From positions 74,958,001 through 75,022,000 of the forward strand of contig NW_027266286.1 in the NCBI RefSeq assembly GCF_022045235.1: a DNA stretch of 64,000 nt, given 5' to 3'. Position numbers and translations under genes: made by a program. Position 1 is the first letter of the stretch; the number at the start of each line of letters is the position of its first letter. This DNA is from Haliotis cracherodii (taxonomy: Eukaryota). Positions 43,121-53,300 of this stretch are shown piece after piece. Below the pieces are notes generated by a model. The model was not told the origin of the DNA. It made no database searches and saw only the letters and a program-made list of their open reading frames with translations.

Positions 43121-43828
43121 TCAATCATTATTTATAATATGGAGTGTTACACTTAAGTATCCTACATGCACAGGTTGGTGTTTTACATCTAATACAGAAA
43201 TTTTGAGGTCTGAAATAATACCACGCTTCAATTTTTTATATTGTAATAACGAGAAAGATTCCGTTCTACCGCTATTGTATTTTACATCTTTGACCGGAAC
43301 ACTTCTGAGTAGAGTTGAAGGACTTTCTTGTTGAATATTATCCGTCGTGCTTATTTGATCAAGATGGATGAACAACTCTTTATAGGGAACTAAATCAGGT
43401 ACGTTGTTAATACCTGCAGTCACTTGTACACCGCGTCGTATTGTTATTGCCCGATAAAATCCAAGTGCGTATGCTAAGTTCTCATTAATAATTATATCTT
43501 CGTTTTCATTGATGATTTTCACTGTCCCAGTGGCCTCACTTTGTGTGATACTAATTTCATTATCAAAATAATTATTAAAAAATCCATTATTAAAAAATTC
43601 ATCATTGAGTGAGCTTATGCTGTAATACCCATCAGGTATAGTACTACCTCTACCTTTGTCACTTATTTTAAATATCTTATTATTACCTCTCGCAGCACTT
43701 ATATTGGTCCACCGTTGGTAATACGTTATATCGCATAGAGCTACTTCGAGTTGTCCGTCCGAGTTATCGATAGTTTGAAGCAGTTCAATAGACTGGCCAT
43801 TTGTTATTCCCGGGAGTGTAACATACAT
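43121..43828 (-). CDS. Polinton minor capsid (penton-like) protein, copy 2
   Basis: Tandem paralogue of 42401-43078 with near-identical ends and a divergent middle. Confidence 0.72.
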   Translation of the reverse strand: MYVTLPGITNGQSIELLQTIDNSDGQLEVALCDITYYQRWTNISAARGNNKIFKISDKGRGSTIPDGYYSISSLNDEFFNNGFFNNYFDNEISITQSEATGTVKIINENEDIIINENLAYALGFYRAITIRRGVQVTAGINNVPDLVPYKELFIHLDQISTTDNIQQESPSTLLRSVPVKDVKYNSGRTESFSLLQYKKLKRGIISDLKISVLDVKHQPVHVGYLSVTLHIINND

Positions 43829-43864
43829 ATTAAATATACAATGATACTATATCATAACTTAAAT

Positions 43865-45169
43865 ATGAAATCAACTTACATTACTAATCAATCGATTATA
43901 GTAACTGCCTCCGGTGCTGAATTTTTAGTTAAATTCCCCGATATCTTTGAAAAGTACAGGGTCACGGCAACTAGCGATAAAATGGTGCACGATTGGTTTC
44001 ACAATCCGATGCAATTTTGGCAGAATCAGTTAAACTTTGCCATTTGGTGTGCCACAACGGGATGTGGCGTATCTCTTTACGCTCCAGGATTTGAACTGAA
44101 TAAGTCTGTTATGTCATTCCACGTGTACTATCAGATTAGACGTATACTTAAAGAAATTAGTGCTCCATTACCGCAGGATCGAGCGTGGAATGCCACAAAT
44201 AATAATTATGATAGGTCCGCGTATGAGCGTATTTGTCAGGAATTTAATGTTTCTACGAGTAAAGATTGGCGTATTAAAGGAGCAAACCATGGTCTAGGTG
44301 TTCCTTACACAGAGGAAAATAAATCCGTCAAAGAAGAAAGCGATTATGTATATAGAGAACTTCATAAACCTGGTCTTAATTTTTATAAGTTGCGGCAGGC
44401 CAGCAAACTTTACTCAAGAATGTATGATTATCGGTATAAAGTCGGTCATTGGTATCATGGCTGGGAACTTTATAGTAATGATTGGAGAGGGGATATTATG
44501 AGTTTTAAGAGTGGTTTAATTTACATTGTTACAAAATTTATACAAATGAACGATACCACAAACGCTTGGAATGAATTTCTTAATGATAAAACGGAAAACA
44601 ATTTTACTAATCCAGGATTTGTAAGAGTTAATGAATCGATAAGAACTTATGTATGGGCAATTCTCGGTGCACAATCGCAAACACGAACGTCCATTATCGG
44701 TTCTGGGACGGCGCTCGATGCGCAAAAACAGTTTGTCTCAAACGTGGAGGACGCCATTAATTCACCAGTTGACATACCATCGTCTATAAAGCGTTTTCAA
44801 GATGCATTACAGTACGCTCAATCCAAAGTGGACTTTGTTTATGCACCGGGACTATACATGTCTCCGAGTAATATGGAACTTAAGATCGGTCAAGTGATCG
44901 GTTATAATAATAAAATTGTTATCGCTACCGATCAACAAAAACCAGGTATAAATTCAGATATGAACGTCGAATTAATAACGCAAACGATCACGGGTGAAAA
45001 GGGAATAGTCAAGCCGCAAACATCTTTTAATGCTCAACCATCTACTGACGCACAAGTTTCACCGCATATTGCGGCTAAAAATCAACAACATATCGATGAA
45101 AAAACAGCGCTTGTAGTGGGTGGAGTCTCGGTTGGTTTACTCATGATTTGGTGGTTAAATAGTTCTTAG
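43865..45169 (+). CDS. Polinton hypothetical protein (~434 aa) with a C-terminal transmembrane segment
   Basis: Long ORF (FWQNQLNFAIWCATTGCGVS...YVWAILGAQSQTR) ending in TALVVGGVSVGLLMIWWL. Start placed at ATG 43865 (43841 is an alternative) because the longer ORF overlaps the penton gene. Confidence 0.75.
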   Translation: MKSTYITNQSIIVTASGAEFLVKFPDIFEKYRVTATSDKMVHDWFHNPMQFWQNQLNFAIWCATTGCGVSLYAPGFELNKSVMSFHVYYQIRRILKEISAPLPQDRAWNATNNNYDRSAYERICQEFNVSTSKDWRIKGANHGLGVPYTEENKSVKEESDYVYRELHKPGLNFYKLRQASKLYSRMYDYRYKVGHWYHGWELYSNDWRGDIMSFKSGLIYIVTKFIQMNDTTNAWNEFLNDKTENNFTNPGFVRVNESIRTYVWAILGAQSQTRTSIIGSGTALDAQKQFVSNVEDAINSPVDIPSSIKRFQDALQYAQSKVDFVYAPGLYMSPSNMELKIGQVIGYNNKIVIATDQQKPGINSDMNVELITQTITGEKGIVKPQTSFNAQPSTDAQVSPHIAAKNQQHIDEKTALVVGGVSVGLLMIWWLNSS

Positions 45170-46316
45170 CGAACACGTACAACAACCCTGCAATTGCTAC
45201 GATCAACCCCCACAAGTTTTGACTAAGCCAAGTGGTGGTCTTAGCTAATAAATTCAATAGCCAGGAAACAACACTCCCTATTATACCGGGAAGTGCAGCC
45301 GCGGCTTTCTCAGCTAGCTTTCCCAGTGCTGAACCTAATGCTTTTAAATGCTTTTTTATCCACTCTCTTATACCGTTTTTATCATTAGGCGGTGTACTAC
45401 CACCTGTACTACCACCTGTTAATGAGAGAGTCAAAGTCGATATAATAAATCCCAACGCGGTTAAAATACTAGCAATTGTTATTCCCTGTTCTCTGAACAA
45501 TGTTTTAATTTTATCGCACAGTGTAGTATCATCGTTTAGGACTTGATCGATAGTTTCTCGAATACGACTGATTTGCGAACGAAGTGCCTTTCTATTACTG
45601 GAAGCCGCTTCGAGGCGGGCCAATCTTTCCTCTTCTAGGTTACGCAATCTTTCAGCAACGCGGCGTCTACTGAATTCATCGCCCGCCTGTTCGAGTTTTG
45701 TTTTCTCTTGAGCTATGTGTTTGTCGATTTCGGATAGCTTGGCTATATTATTGATGAGTTCTCCCCGCATAGTTTGCATTGCCTTGTCAAGACCTCGTAA
45801 TTCCCTAATACTGAACTCTGAATGTGGTACCTGTAACGTTGAATTATCGTAGTATGTATCTAAGATTTCTCCGAGTCCGTCCGAGGCCACCATCGAGGCT
45901 GCTTCCAAATCATCTGTATTAACGAGTTCTTTCCTCATAGTCTGAAGAGCCTTAGTAGTCTTCGCGGGAAGTCGTCGGTAGTCTACAAAACCTAATTCAT
46001 CACGAACAAAGCCGATGCCTTTTTTAGCGGCTATCGTAGACAAGGCTAGGGGCTTACGAGTACGAGAATGCATAAGATCAATATCCGGAGCGCCACGCAG
46101 TCGCAATATTCCTTTACTATCTATCTCAAACTTTGAATATTCACGACCTATTGGAGTATCATCTTTTAATGCATCGTAATAATCATCAACGGCTGGTTTT
46201 AAAAGTTCATCATTTACGGTTGGGATCATAAAGCTGGTTTCATCAGTACCCTCTTCGATTGTACTAGTATCAGTTATGTTATCTAGATCAAAGTCATTAT
46301 GTTCAAAATCAGTCAT
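45141..46316 (-). CDS. Polinton coiled-coil protein (~391 aa) with C-terminal hydrophobic helices
   Basis: Long heptad-rich region followed by FREQGITIASILTALGFIISTLTL and ALPGIIGSVVSWLLNLL...LWGLIVAIAGLLYVF; start placed at MTDFEHNDF. Confidence 0.75.
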   Translation of the reverse strand: MTDFEHNDFDLDNITDTSTIEEGTDETSFMIPTVNDELLKPAVDDYYDALKDDTPIGREYSKFEIDSKGILRLRGAPDIDLMHSRTRKPLALSTIAAKKGIGFVRDELGFVDYRRLPAKTTKALQTMRKELVNTDDLEAASMVASDGLGEILDTYYDNSTLQVPHSEFSIRELRGLDKAMQTMRGELINNIAKLSEIDKHIAQEKTKLEQAGDEFSRRRVAERLRNLEEERLARLEAASSNRKALRSQISRIRETIDQVLNDDTTLCDKIKTLFREQGITIASILTALGFIISTLTLSLTGGSTGGSTPPNDKNGIREWIKKHLKALGSALGKLAEKAAAALPGIIGSVVSWLLNLLAKTTTWLSQNLWGLIVAIAGLLYVFAKNYLTTKS

Positions 46317-46355
46317 TTTTATATTAAACATAGGGTACATGTTTTCAATATAACA

Positions 46356-47627
46356 ATGTCTTCGCAATACGGACGCAAGTTAAACCCACAACGCAGACTT
46401 CGAGATCCATTAGGGGTCAAAGCAATTCGTCAGTCTGTAACTATAACTAATAACCCTAGTACCATCGATCAGAATCAAACGCTTCTGGTTCGCTTTCCTA
46501 ATCTCGGCGCACACGATGTGTTAGTTCCGGGAACTGTCCGACTAGCATTTACGATTAGTTTGACTTCTGCCGACGTTAACAGGGAGCCCGTTCAGAACTT
46601 AGGTCGTGCTATCGTTAAGAAAATCGCTATTAAAATTAGCGGTAATGAGGTTTTGAGTATCGACGATAGCGATGTATACTATTGTTACATGGATCTCTGG
46701 AGAACGGATAAAGAGCGGGAAAACTTACAGTACCAAGGTATTTGTAATAAGAACACTTTGAGACTGCGCGTAGATGCTTCTAGTGGTGATGGTACTATCG
46801 TAAAAGATCAGGCCGTTGCCGACGCATTAGGTAACCGATTCTATATTCCCCTAGACTTTGAATTACTAGATTCCCACATGCCTTTTTATCAAGCATCCCT
46901 AGGAGATAGGTTAGAATACGAACTCACTTTTAACGACTACGGTAGAGTAATCTGAGCTGCTGAAGATGCTAGCTATTCCATTGACAATATCTCGCTCGAG
47001 TACGATATGATAACGGATCCCGAATTAGCCAGACAAATTCGTAACCAGTATTCGGGAAGTTTAGCCATTTTGTACGATCGCGTGCTGCGACACCGAAAGA
47101 TCACGAGGGACAAAAAAGATACGTTGTGGAATATCAATCTAAACGTCCCCACGAGGTCGTTGAAGGGTATTTTAATGTTGTTCGAGGACCCCTCCGATGC
47201 GTTTAAAAGAAATACCGAGAAGTTCTACAATCCCAAGATTACGAAAGTAGAATTGACTATCGAGGGCGTTCCTAATCAACTATATAGCCAAGGAATGCTA
47301 TCGCATCAACAGTGGGATGAGATTAAAAAACTTCCTTCTATAAAACGCTCTCCGGAAGTTAACGCGGTCGTGAAAGATCTGTCTCTCGGGAGTGTATCGA
47401 TGGGTGAATACCTCACCTCGAAGTACGCGCTATGGCTCGACATGCGAACAACGGACGATGACCAATTACACGGCAGTGGGAGGAGAATAGAAAATGCTAG
47501 CGAGGGTGTCACCATACAGATAACGAAGCTCCTCGAATCAGCTGGTAAATTAAACATATATTTGTACGTGATTATGGATGCGCAACTTAATATACAAAAT
47601 GGGAGATTCGTGCAAGCAATCTATTGA
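46356..47627 (+). pseudogene. Polinton major capsid protein (double jelly-roll, hexon-like), interrupted by one in-frame TGA at 46953-46955
   Basis: ORFs 46299-46955 and 47007-47627 are in the same frame and the linker is open (GRVI*AAEDASYSIDNISLEYDM). The joined product is ~423 aa, beta-rich, and lies directly upstream of the packaging ATPase. Confidence 0.8.
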
Positions 47628-48228
47628 TAATCTTTTACCTAAAGATCCGCACTGCGCTATCATATGCGGGCAAACGGGCTGCGGAAAAACAGCCTTTATT
47701 CTAGATATTTTAGAAAGTCATTATCGGGACGTTTTCGATCATATTATTATTCTGTGCCCGACTATAAGCGTTAATAAAACATACTTATCGAGAGATTGGG
47801 TAATGAATGACGACGGAATACACAGAGTCGATCCGGGCGATCGTTTACAAGACTGTCTCCGAGTATGTCACGAAAAATACAAAGGAGAATCAACCCTTTT
47901 CGTAATAGACGACTGCAGCGCGAGTAAAGAACTCACAAAAAAGAAAGATATGCTTTCATATTTAGCATTCTCCGGTCGGCATACTCAACATAGCGTTTGG
48001 GTACTTACTCAAAAATACAACTCTGTCCTGAAAGATCTCAGAGAGCAGACCAAATGGGTAGCGCTGTTTCATTGCAAAGACCGAGATTCATTCGAGGAAT
48101 GTTTACGCGAAAATGACGTCATTTATACCAAGAATGAACGTGACAAAGTCAGAAAAGTGTTAGCAGCAACGAAGCACTGTAAACTCGTATTAAAAACCGA
48201 TCAACCAGCTGCTTACGCAATTGCTTAG
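47599..48228 (+). CDS. Polinton FtsK/A32-like DNA packaging ATPase
   Basis: Walker A IICGQTGCGKT, Walker B LFVIDD, and SGRH...WVLTQKY (arginine finger and Gln sensor). Confidence 0.92.
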   Translation: MGDSCKQSIDNLLPKDPHCAIICGQTGCGKTAFILDILESHYRDVFDHIIILCPTISVNKTYLSRDWVMNDDGIHRVDPGDRLQDCLRVCHEKYKGESTLFVIDDCSASKELTKKKDMLSYLAFSGRHTQHSVWVLTQKYNSVLKDLREQTKWVALFHCKDRDSFEECLRENDVIYTKNERDKVRKVLAATKHCKLVLKTDQPAAYAIA

Positions 48229-48334
48229 CAAAATGTAGCAACTGCTTAGCAAATTATAGCAAAAATGTAGCAAATTATAGCAAAATGTAGCAAAATTGTA
48301 GCAAATTGAACATTAGCGGTTAATATTACATAAA

Positions 48335-49036
48335 ATGTGGTTCGAAATCATCATTCTTTCGCAACAGTTCATTATTACGGGATGTATTGGATACGTCATA
48401 TTATATTATGTTAGACTTAAATATCTCCTTAGGTATTACATTATGGAATGCGACGAACTCATCGAACAAATTCTCAAAGAATCTGATCAAAATGTAGATA
48501 CACATCAACATGCAGATAAACATAGAGAAAGACTCGCGGCTTTGGTAGCCGGTGGAAAATGTTCCCAATATTTGGGAGAAAATTATACCATCGAAAAAAT
48601 TGATAACATGACCGACGAAGAGATTAAAAAACTGTACGCGCGTTACGAGTCTAGACTGGGAGCTACCATGACTAAAACTATAGGGTCGTCTATATTACAA
48701 CTATACACAGTCGTAGCTAGTACGTTTCTCCCCATCCCGGCAGAACATCGCATGTATTTATGCGAATCTCTAGAGAAAGACCCATTCATCGAACACGCTA
48801 TAAGCTCAGTGAGCTGTGAGTTTTATCATAGATTCGGAATGTTCTTAGCTCCGTTCACCACAGCTTTAATAATGGCTAGGTATTGTCAATTTAAACATAC
48901 GTGCCCACTTAATAATATAAATGGAGACTCAACAGATTGCGGAAACACAACAGGTGACACCACAACAGATTGCGCAACCACAACAGATTACGGAATCGCA
49001 ACAACAGATTGCGGAAACAGAACCACAAGTGAATGA
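48335..49036 (+). CDS. Polinton hypothetical protein (true start may be MECDELIEQ at ~48443)
   Basis: Long ORF in the co-oriented block. Confidence 0.6.
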   Translation: MWFEIIILSQQFIITGCIGYVILYYVRLKYLLRYYIMECDELIEQILKESDQNVDTHQHADKHRERLAALVAGGKCSQYLGENYTIEKIDNMTDEEIKKLYARYESRLGATMTKTIGSSILQLYTVVASTFLPIPAEHRMYLCESLEKDPFIEHAISSVSCEFYHRFGMFLAPFTTALIMARYCQFKHTCPLNNINGDSTDCGNTTGDTTTDCATTTDYGIATTDCGNRTTSE

Positions 49037-49301
49037 GGATGAACCACAAGTGAATGAGAAACCACCACAAAAACAACCCAGAGTTACTAAGAACCCCAAA
49101 AAAATAGCTGCAGGAAGAAAGGGAGGGCTGGCGCGCAAAGCAAAATTAATAAAAAATTCAAATCCGATTAAAACATGGGCACTAGTAGGAGTTGCTGGTA
49201 TAGCGGCTGTATGGTTCTTTTATAAGACCGGAGAAGATAAAACGTCACCCCCGCCGCAACAACAAGTTCAATTAGAGGTTAGTCCTCATATAATGCTATA
49301 A
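48921..49301 (+). CDS. Polinton protein with Gln/Pro repeats, a basic KNPKKIAAGRKGG motif and one TM helix (candidate virion core protein)
   Basis: Low-complexity N-terminus, basic patch, then WALVGVAGIAAVWFFY. Confidence 0.6.
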   Translation: METQQIAETQQVTPQQIAQPQQITESQQQIAETEPQVNEDEPQVNEKPPQKQPRVTKNPKKIAAGRKGGLARKAKLIKNSNPIKTWALVGVAGIAAVWFFYKTGEDKTSPPPQQQVQLEVSPHIML

Positions 49302-49306
49302 GAAGC

Positions 49307-49546
49307 ATGACTACTCCAGTTACAGACGGTAAAATGTTGGTAAACGCGACGTATCATTCAGCGGTGGTCACCGGCTTGGCCATTGGCTATGCCCGTATGG
49401 CTAAAATGCTTACTAAAGCCACACCTCCCAAGCTAGATTTTAATGGATTTGATATAGGTATGATGATTCTGGATATTGGATTAGCAATGGCAACGAAGGA
49501 TATGCTCATCAAACAAGGACTTATCCCGGAAGACATAAGGAAGTAA
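49307..49546 (+). CDS. Polinton small helical protein (79 aa)
   Basis: ATG ORF abutting its neighbours; amphipathic helices. Confidence 0.6.
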   Translation: MTTPVTDGKMLVNATYHSAVVTGLAIGYARMAKMLTKATPPKLDFNGFDIGMMILDIGLAMATKDMLIKQGLIPEDIRK

Positions 49547-49592
49547 TTAAACATTTGAATATTTTATATTATTGAACATTTGAATATTTTAT

Positions 49593-50018
49593 ATGGCATC
49601 AATTGCGATGATGGTCGGTGGAGCTGTTGTTAATGCTCTAGCTTTTTCGGGGAGTAATTATTTATTTTCCAGTATGAGGGAATCAAACGCTAAAGAAGTT
49701 GAAGAGGAGCGTAAACGACATAATAAAGCATTAGAACAATACCAAGCAGCTCAGTTACAATATACGCAGCAGAGAATGAAGAGATTAGACTTTATTCATG
49801 AAAAACTGATTAAGGAAGGACATTCAATTCAAACGTTTAAGGATGTCGAATCTGCCATGCACGAATACTACCTCGTTTATGGGAAAAAACTCGACCCAAT
49901 ACCTAGACCAACAATGAGTCAGTTTTATACACCGTCAGAGGCTCAGAAAGACCGAGAGGTCGCATTTGTTATTATTGGGTTATCCGCTGTATTGATTTTC
50001 AGCTATACAATAGTTTAG
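49593..50018 (+). CDS. Polinton protein (141 aa) with hydrophobic N- and C-termini
   Basis: MASIAMMVGGAVVNALAFSGSNYLFS, a charged coiled coil, then VAFVIIGLSAVLIFSYTIV. Confidence 0.7.
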   Translation: MASIAMMVGGAVVNALAFSGSNYLFSSMRESNAKEVEEERKRHNKALEQYQAAQLQYTQQRMKRLDFIHEKLIKEGHSIQTFKDVESAMHEYYLVYGKKLDPIPRPTMSQFYTPSEAQKDREVAFVIIGLSAVLIFSYTIV

Positions 50019-50044
50019 ATGTGATTTGCATTTAGACAAATGAT

Positions 50045-50323
50045 ATGATAGATGTATATACCATGAATAACTGCAAGTTTACACTCATGGGGAAGACGAC
50101 TCTATGTAACCGCCGCTGTGTTGATGTTTACTGCGGTATACACAATTATTACATCAAGCGTGGACACATAAACTATAAGTGTTCTGAATGCGGGATAGGG
50201 GTCAAAGGTCATTATTGTTTATGTAAGAAACACGGTGCTGATAGGGTCAGGAATCAGATTATTTATGCTAGGAAGAGAGATTACATCAATGAGAGGAATA
50301 GGTTGGGGAGGATACGTATTTAG
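50045..50323 (+). CDS. Polinton small Cys/His-rich (zinc-binding) protein
   Basis: C-x10-C-x8-C-x2-H and C-x2-C-x11-C-x2-H patterns. Confidence 0.6.
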   Translation: MIDVYTMNNCKFTLMGKTTLCNRRCVDVYCGIHNYYIKRGHINYKCSECGIGVKGHYCLCKKHGADRVRNQIIYARKRDYINERNRLGRIRI

Positions 50324-50381
50324 ATATATGAAAACAACCAATTAGACAAATGAATCATTTTGCATATACCATTCAACCACA

Positions 50382-53300
50382 ATGGTTTTTGTCAGAGAGT
50401 TGAAGGCTATGGCAAAGCAACGTGGTCTACGTGGATATTCTCGAATGAGAAAAGCTGAATTGATTACCTTACTCGGTTTGGAACCACCCCAGACTGTTAG
50501 AGAACTCAGAGTTCGAGCGAGAAACAGTGGGCTGAGAGGTTATTCTCGAATGAGAAGAGCTGAATTGATTGCTTTACTAGATAAGAATGATGATGTTGAT
50601 GATATTCAACATAATAATGATGATAATCAACAACAACAAGAATTAATATTTGTACCCACATCCGCCGGCGTTGGTAAATATCTAAGAGGTTGGAAGATGG
50701 ATATTAATTCCAACATGGATGTTAACGATATTAAGCCCATCATATCGAGTAAAATTAACGAGGAGTTAGATGATTTACAAAGTATAAAATACCAGCTGAC
50801 GATTAAAATGACATTGAGTAAAAGTAACGTAGACGATAGCGTCGAATATACCGAACCATATTTCCGAAGCAATCAAGAAGTTATAACCGAATCCGATACT
50901 ATAAACGCATCATTAGATACATCAATTCAGAGGATACAGGAAACTTTAGAACGCTGGACTAATAGAGGTTCGGGTTGGGGTGTGGATAGAATCGATAGTT
51001 TATATTTAGATATAGCAAATTACATGCCTTTCAAAGGTGGATCTTATATAGATTTACCCCCGTATTATAAGAAGAAAAAAGCCATAATTAATGTAAAAAA
51101 TAAATCCGATGATTGTTTAAGAATGATGATAAGATCTGCATTGTTCCCCGTAGACAAAAATGCGGATAGACCTTCTAGCTATCCCCAAAACGATGGACTC
51201 AACTTCGATGGTATAGACGAACCTACACCAATATCACAAATTGATAAGGTGGAAAAGCAAAATAATTTAGCTATAAATGTTTTCGGACATTCTAAAGGAA
51301 TTGTTGTACACAGGATAAGCTCCGCTCCGGAACATATTCCCAGAATCAATTCATTTCTGATCGAAAAAGATGGTAAATATCATTATACGTGGATAAAGAG
51401 TTTAAACAGGGTGCTATACGATCAAACTAAATATAAGGGAAAGAAATATTTCTGCGAAAGATGCCTGCATGGGTACAGCAGACAAGATCTATTAGAATCG
51501 CATAAAGAAGACTGTAGAGGTGTTGGACAGACAGCTATCAGGATCGATATGCCTAAAGAGGGAAAAAATATATTAAAATTTGAACATTATTGTAATCAAA
51601 TGCCAGTACCGTACGTAATTTATGCCGACTTCGAAGCGCTTATCAAACCCATAGAAAATACCAACCATAATAATCAAGAGAGTAGTTTTACGTACAAAAC
51701 TCAAGAACATATTCCTTGTGGGTTTGGATATATAGTTGTAAGGTATGATGGGAAAACAAACACTCCCGTGATTTACAGAGGTCCCGATGCAGCTGGAAAG
51801 TTCCTAGAATATCTACAAAATGAAGAGAGAATAATCAGGGAAAAATTATCATGTAAGAAACCCATGCGTATGTCGATAGATGATTGGAGGGCCCACAAGA
51901 AGTCAACGAGTTGTCACGTTTGTAATAAGCCCTTGGATGGGGATTCCGTAAGAGATCATTGTCACGTCACGGGTAATTATCGGGGAGCCGCTCATAACGA
52001 GTGTAACTTGAAACTAAAAATGAATGCTCAAACAATACCCATCCCCGTTGTGTTTCATAACCTTAGAGGATACGATTCACATCTCATTATGCAAGCTATC
52101 TCAAAGACCGACGGCGGTTTAACGTGCATTCCCAACAATATGGAAAAATACATATCGTTCTCGTTGACTAAACCTATACATTATAGGGACAAGGATGGGA
52201 AATCTAGAATAAAGCAAAGTAATGGGCTTAGATTCATAGACTCCGTACAGTTTCTGTTATCTTCCCTGGACAATTTAGCTAAAGCGAACAATCCCGATGA
52301 CTTCGCTATAACAAATCAATATACTGATAAGATAACTCGTCATTTGTTGCTGAGAAAAGGTGTATATCCTTACGAATATATGGATGATTGGTCTAGATTC
52401 GAAGAAACTGAATTACCACCCCTCGAATCATTCTATAGTAACTTAACGGAATCTAGAATAACAGATGCAGATTATGAACACGCTCTGACGGTCTGGGATA
52501 AATTAGGTTGTAAGAATTTAGGCGATTATCACGATCTGTACTTAAAAACCGATGTACTGTTACTCGCCGATATATTCGAGATATTTAGAAAGACGTGTTT
52601 AAAACAATACGGCTTGGACCCGGCATGGTACTATTCCAGTCCCGGACTATCGTGGGATGCATTGTTGAAGAAGACCGGCGTAGAACTAAAACTACTCACA
52701 GATTACGATATGCACTTGTTTATTGAGAAAGGATTAAGAGGGGGGATATCGATGGCAGCGAAAAGGTATTCCAAGACTAATAATAAATTAGTGGAAGGAT
52801 ACGATCCGAGTAAACCCGACACGCACATATTATATCTCGACGCTAACAATTTGTACGGATGGGCTATGAGTCAACCTTTACCCACGGGTGGTTTTGAGTG
52901 GGTCAATGTGAATGATATCAATGTGAATGATGAGAATAAAGGGTACATACTAGAAGTTGACTTGGAATATCCGAGTTCCTTACATAAAGATCATAACAGT
53001 TATCCGCTAGCTCCCGAAAGATTAATGGTTAATAAAGACTGGATGTCGGAATATCAACGTTCATTGATGGGTAATAATAGGTTAGCTAACGTAGAAAAAC
53101 TCGTACCAAATTTGATGGATAAGACAAAATATATAGTTCACTACAGAAATCTCCAGTTGTACCTATCGTTAGGTATGAAACTTAAGAAAATACACAGAGT
53201 TCTTAAGTTTGATCAAAGCCCTTGGATGGAGCCCTATATAAGACTGAACACAGATTTAAGAAAGATAGCCACCAGCGATTTCGAAAAGAATCTGTATAAG

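Noticed and set aside
46953-46955. Selenocysteine or programmed readthrough at the capsid TGA
   Set aside because: No SECIS or readthrough context recognised; a CGA>TGA transition is simpler. Not fully excluded without sister copies.
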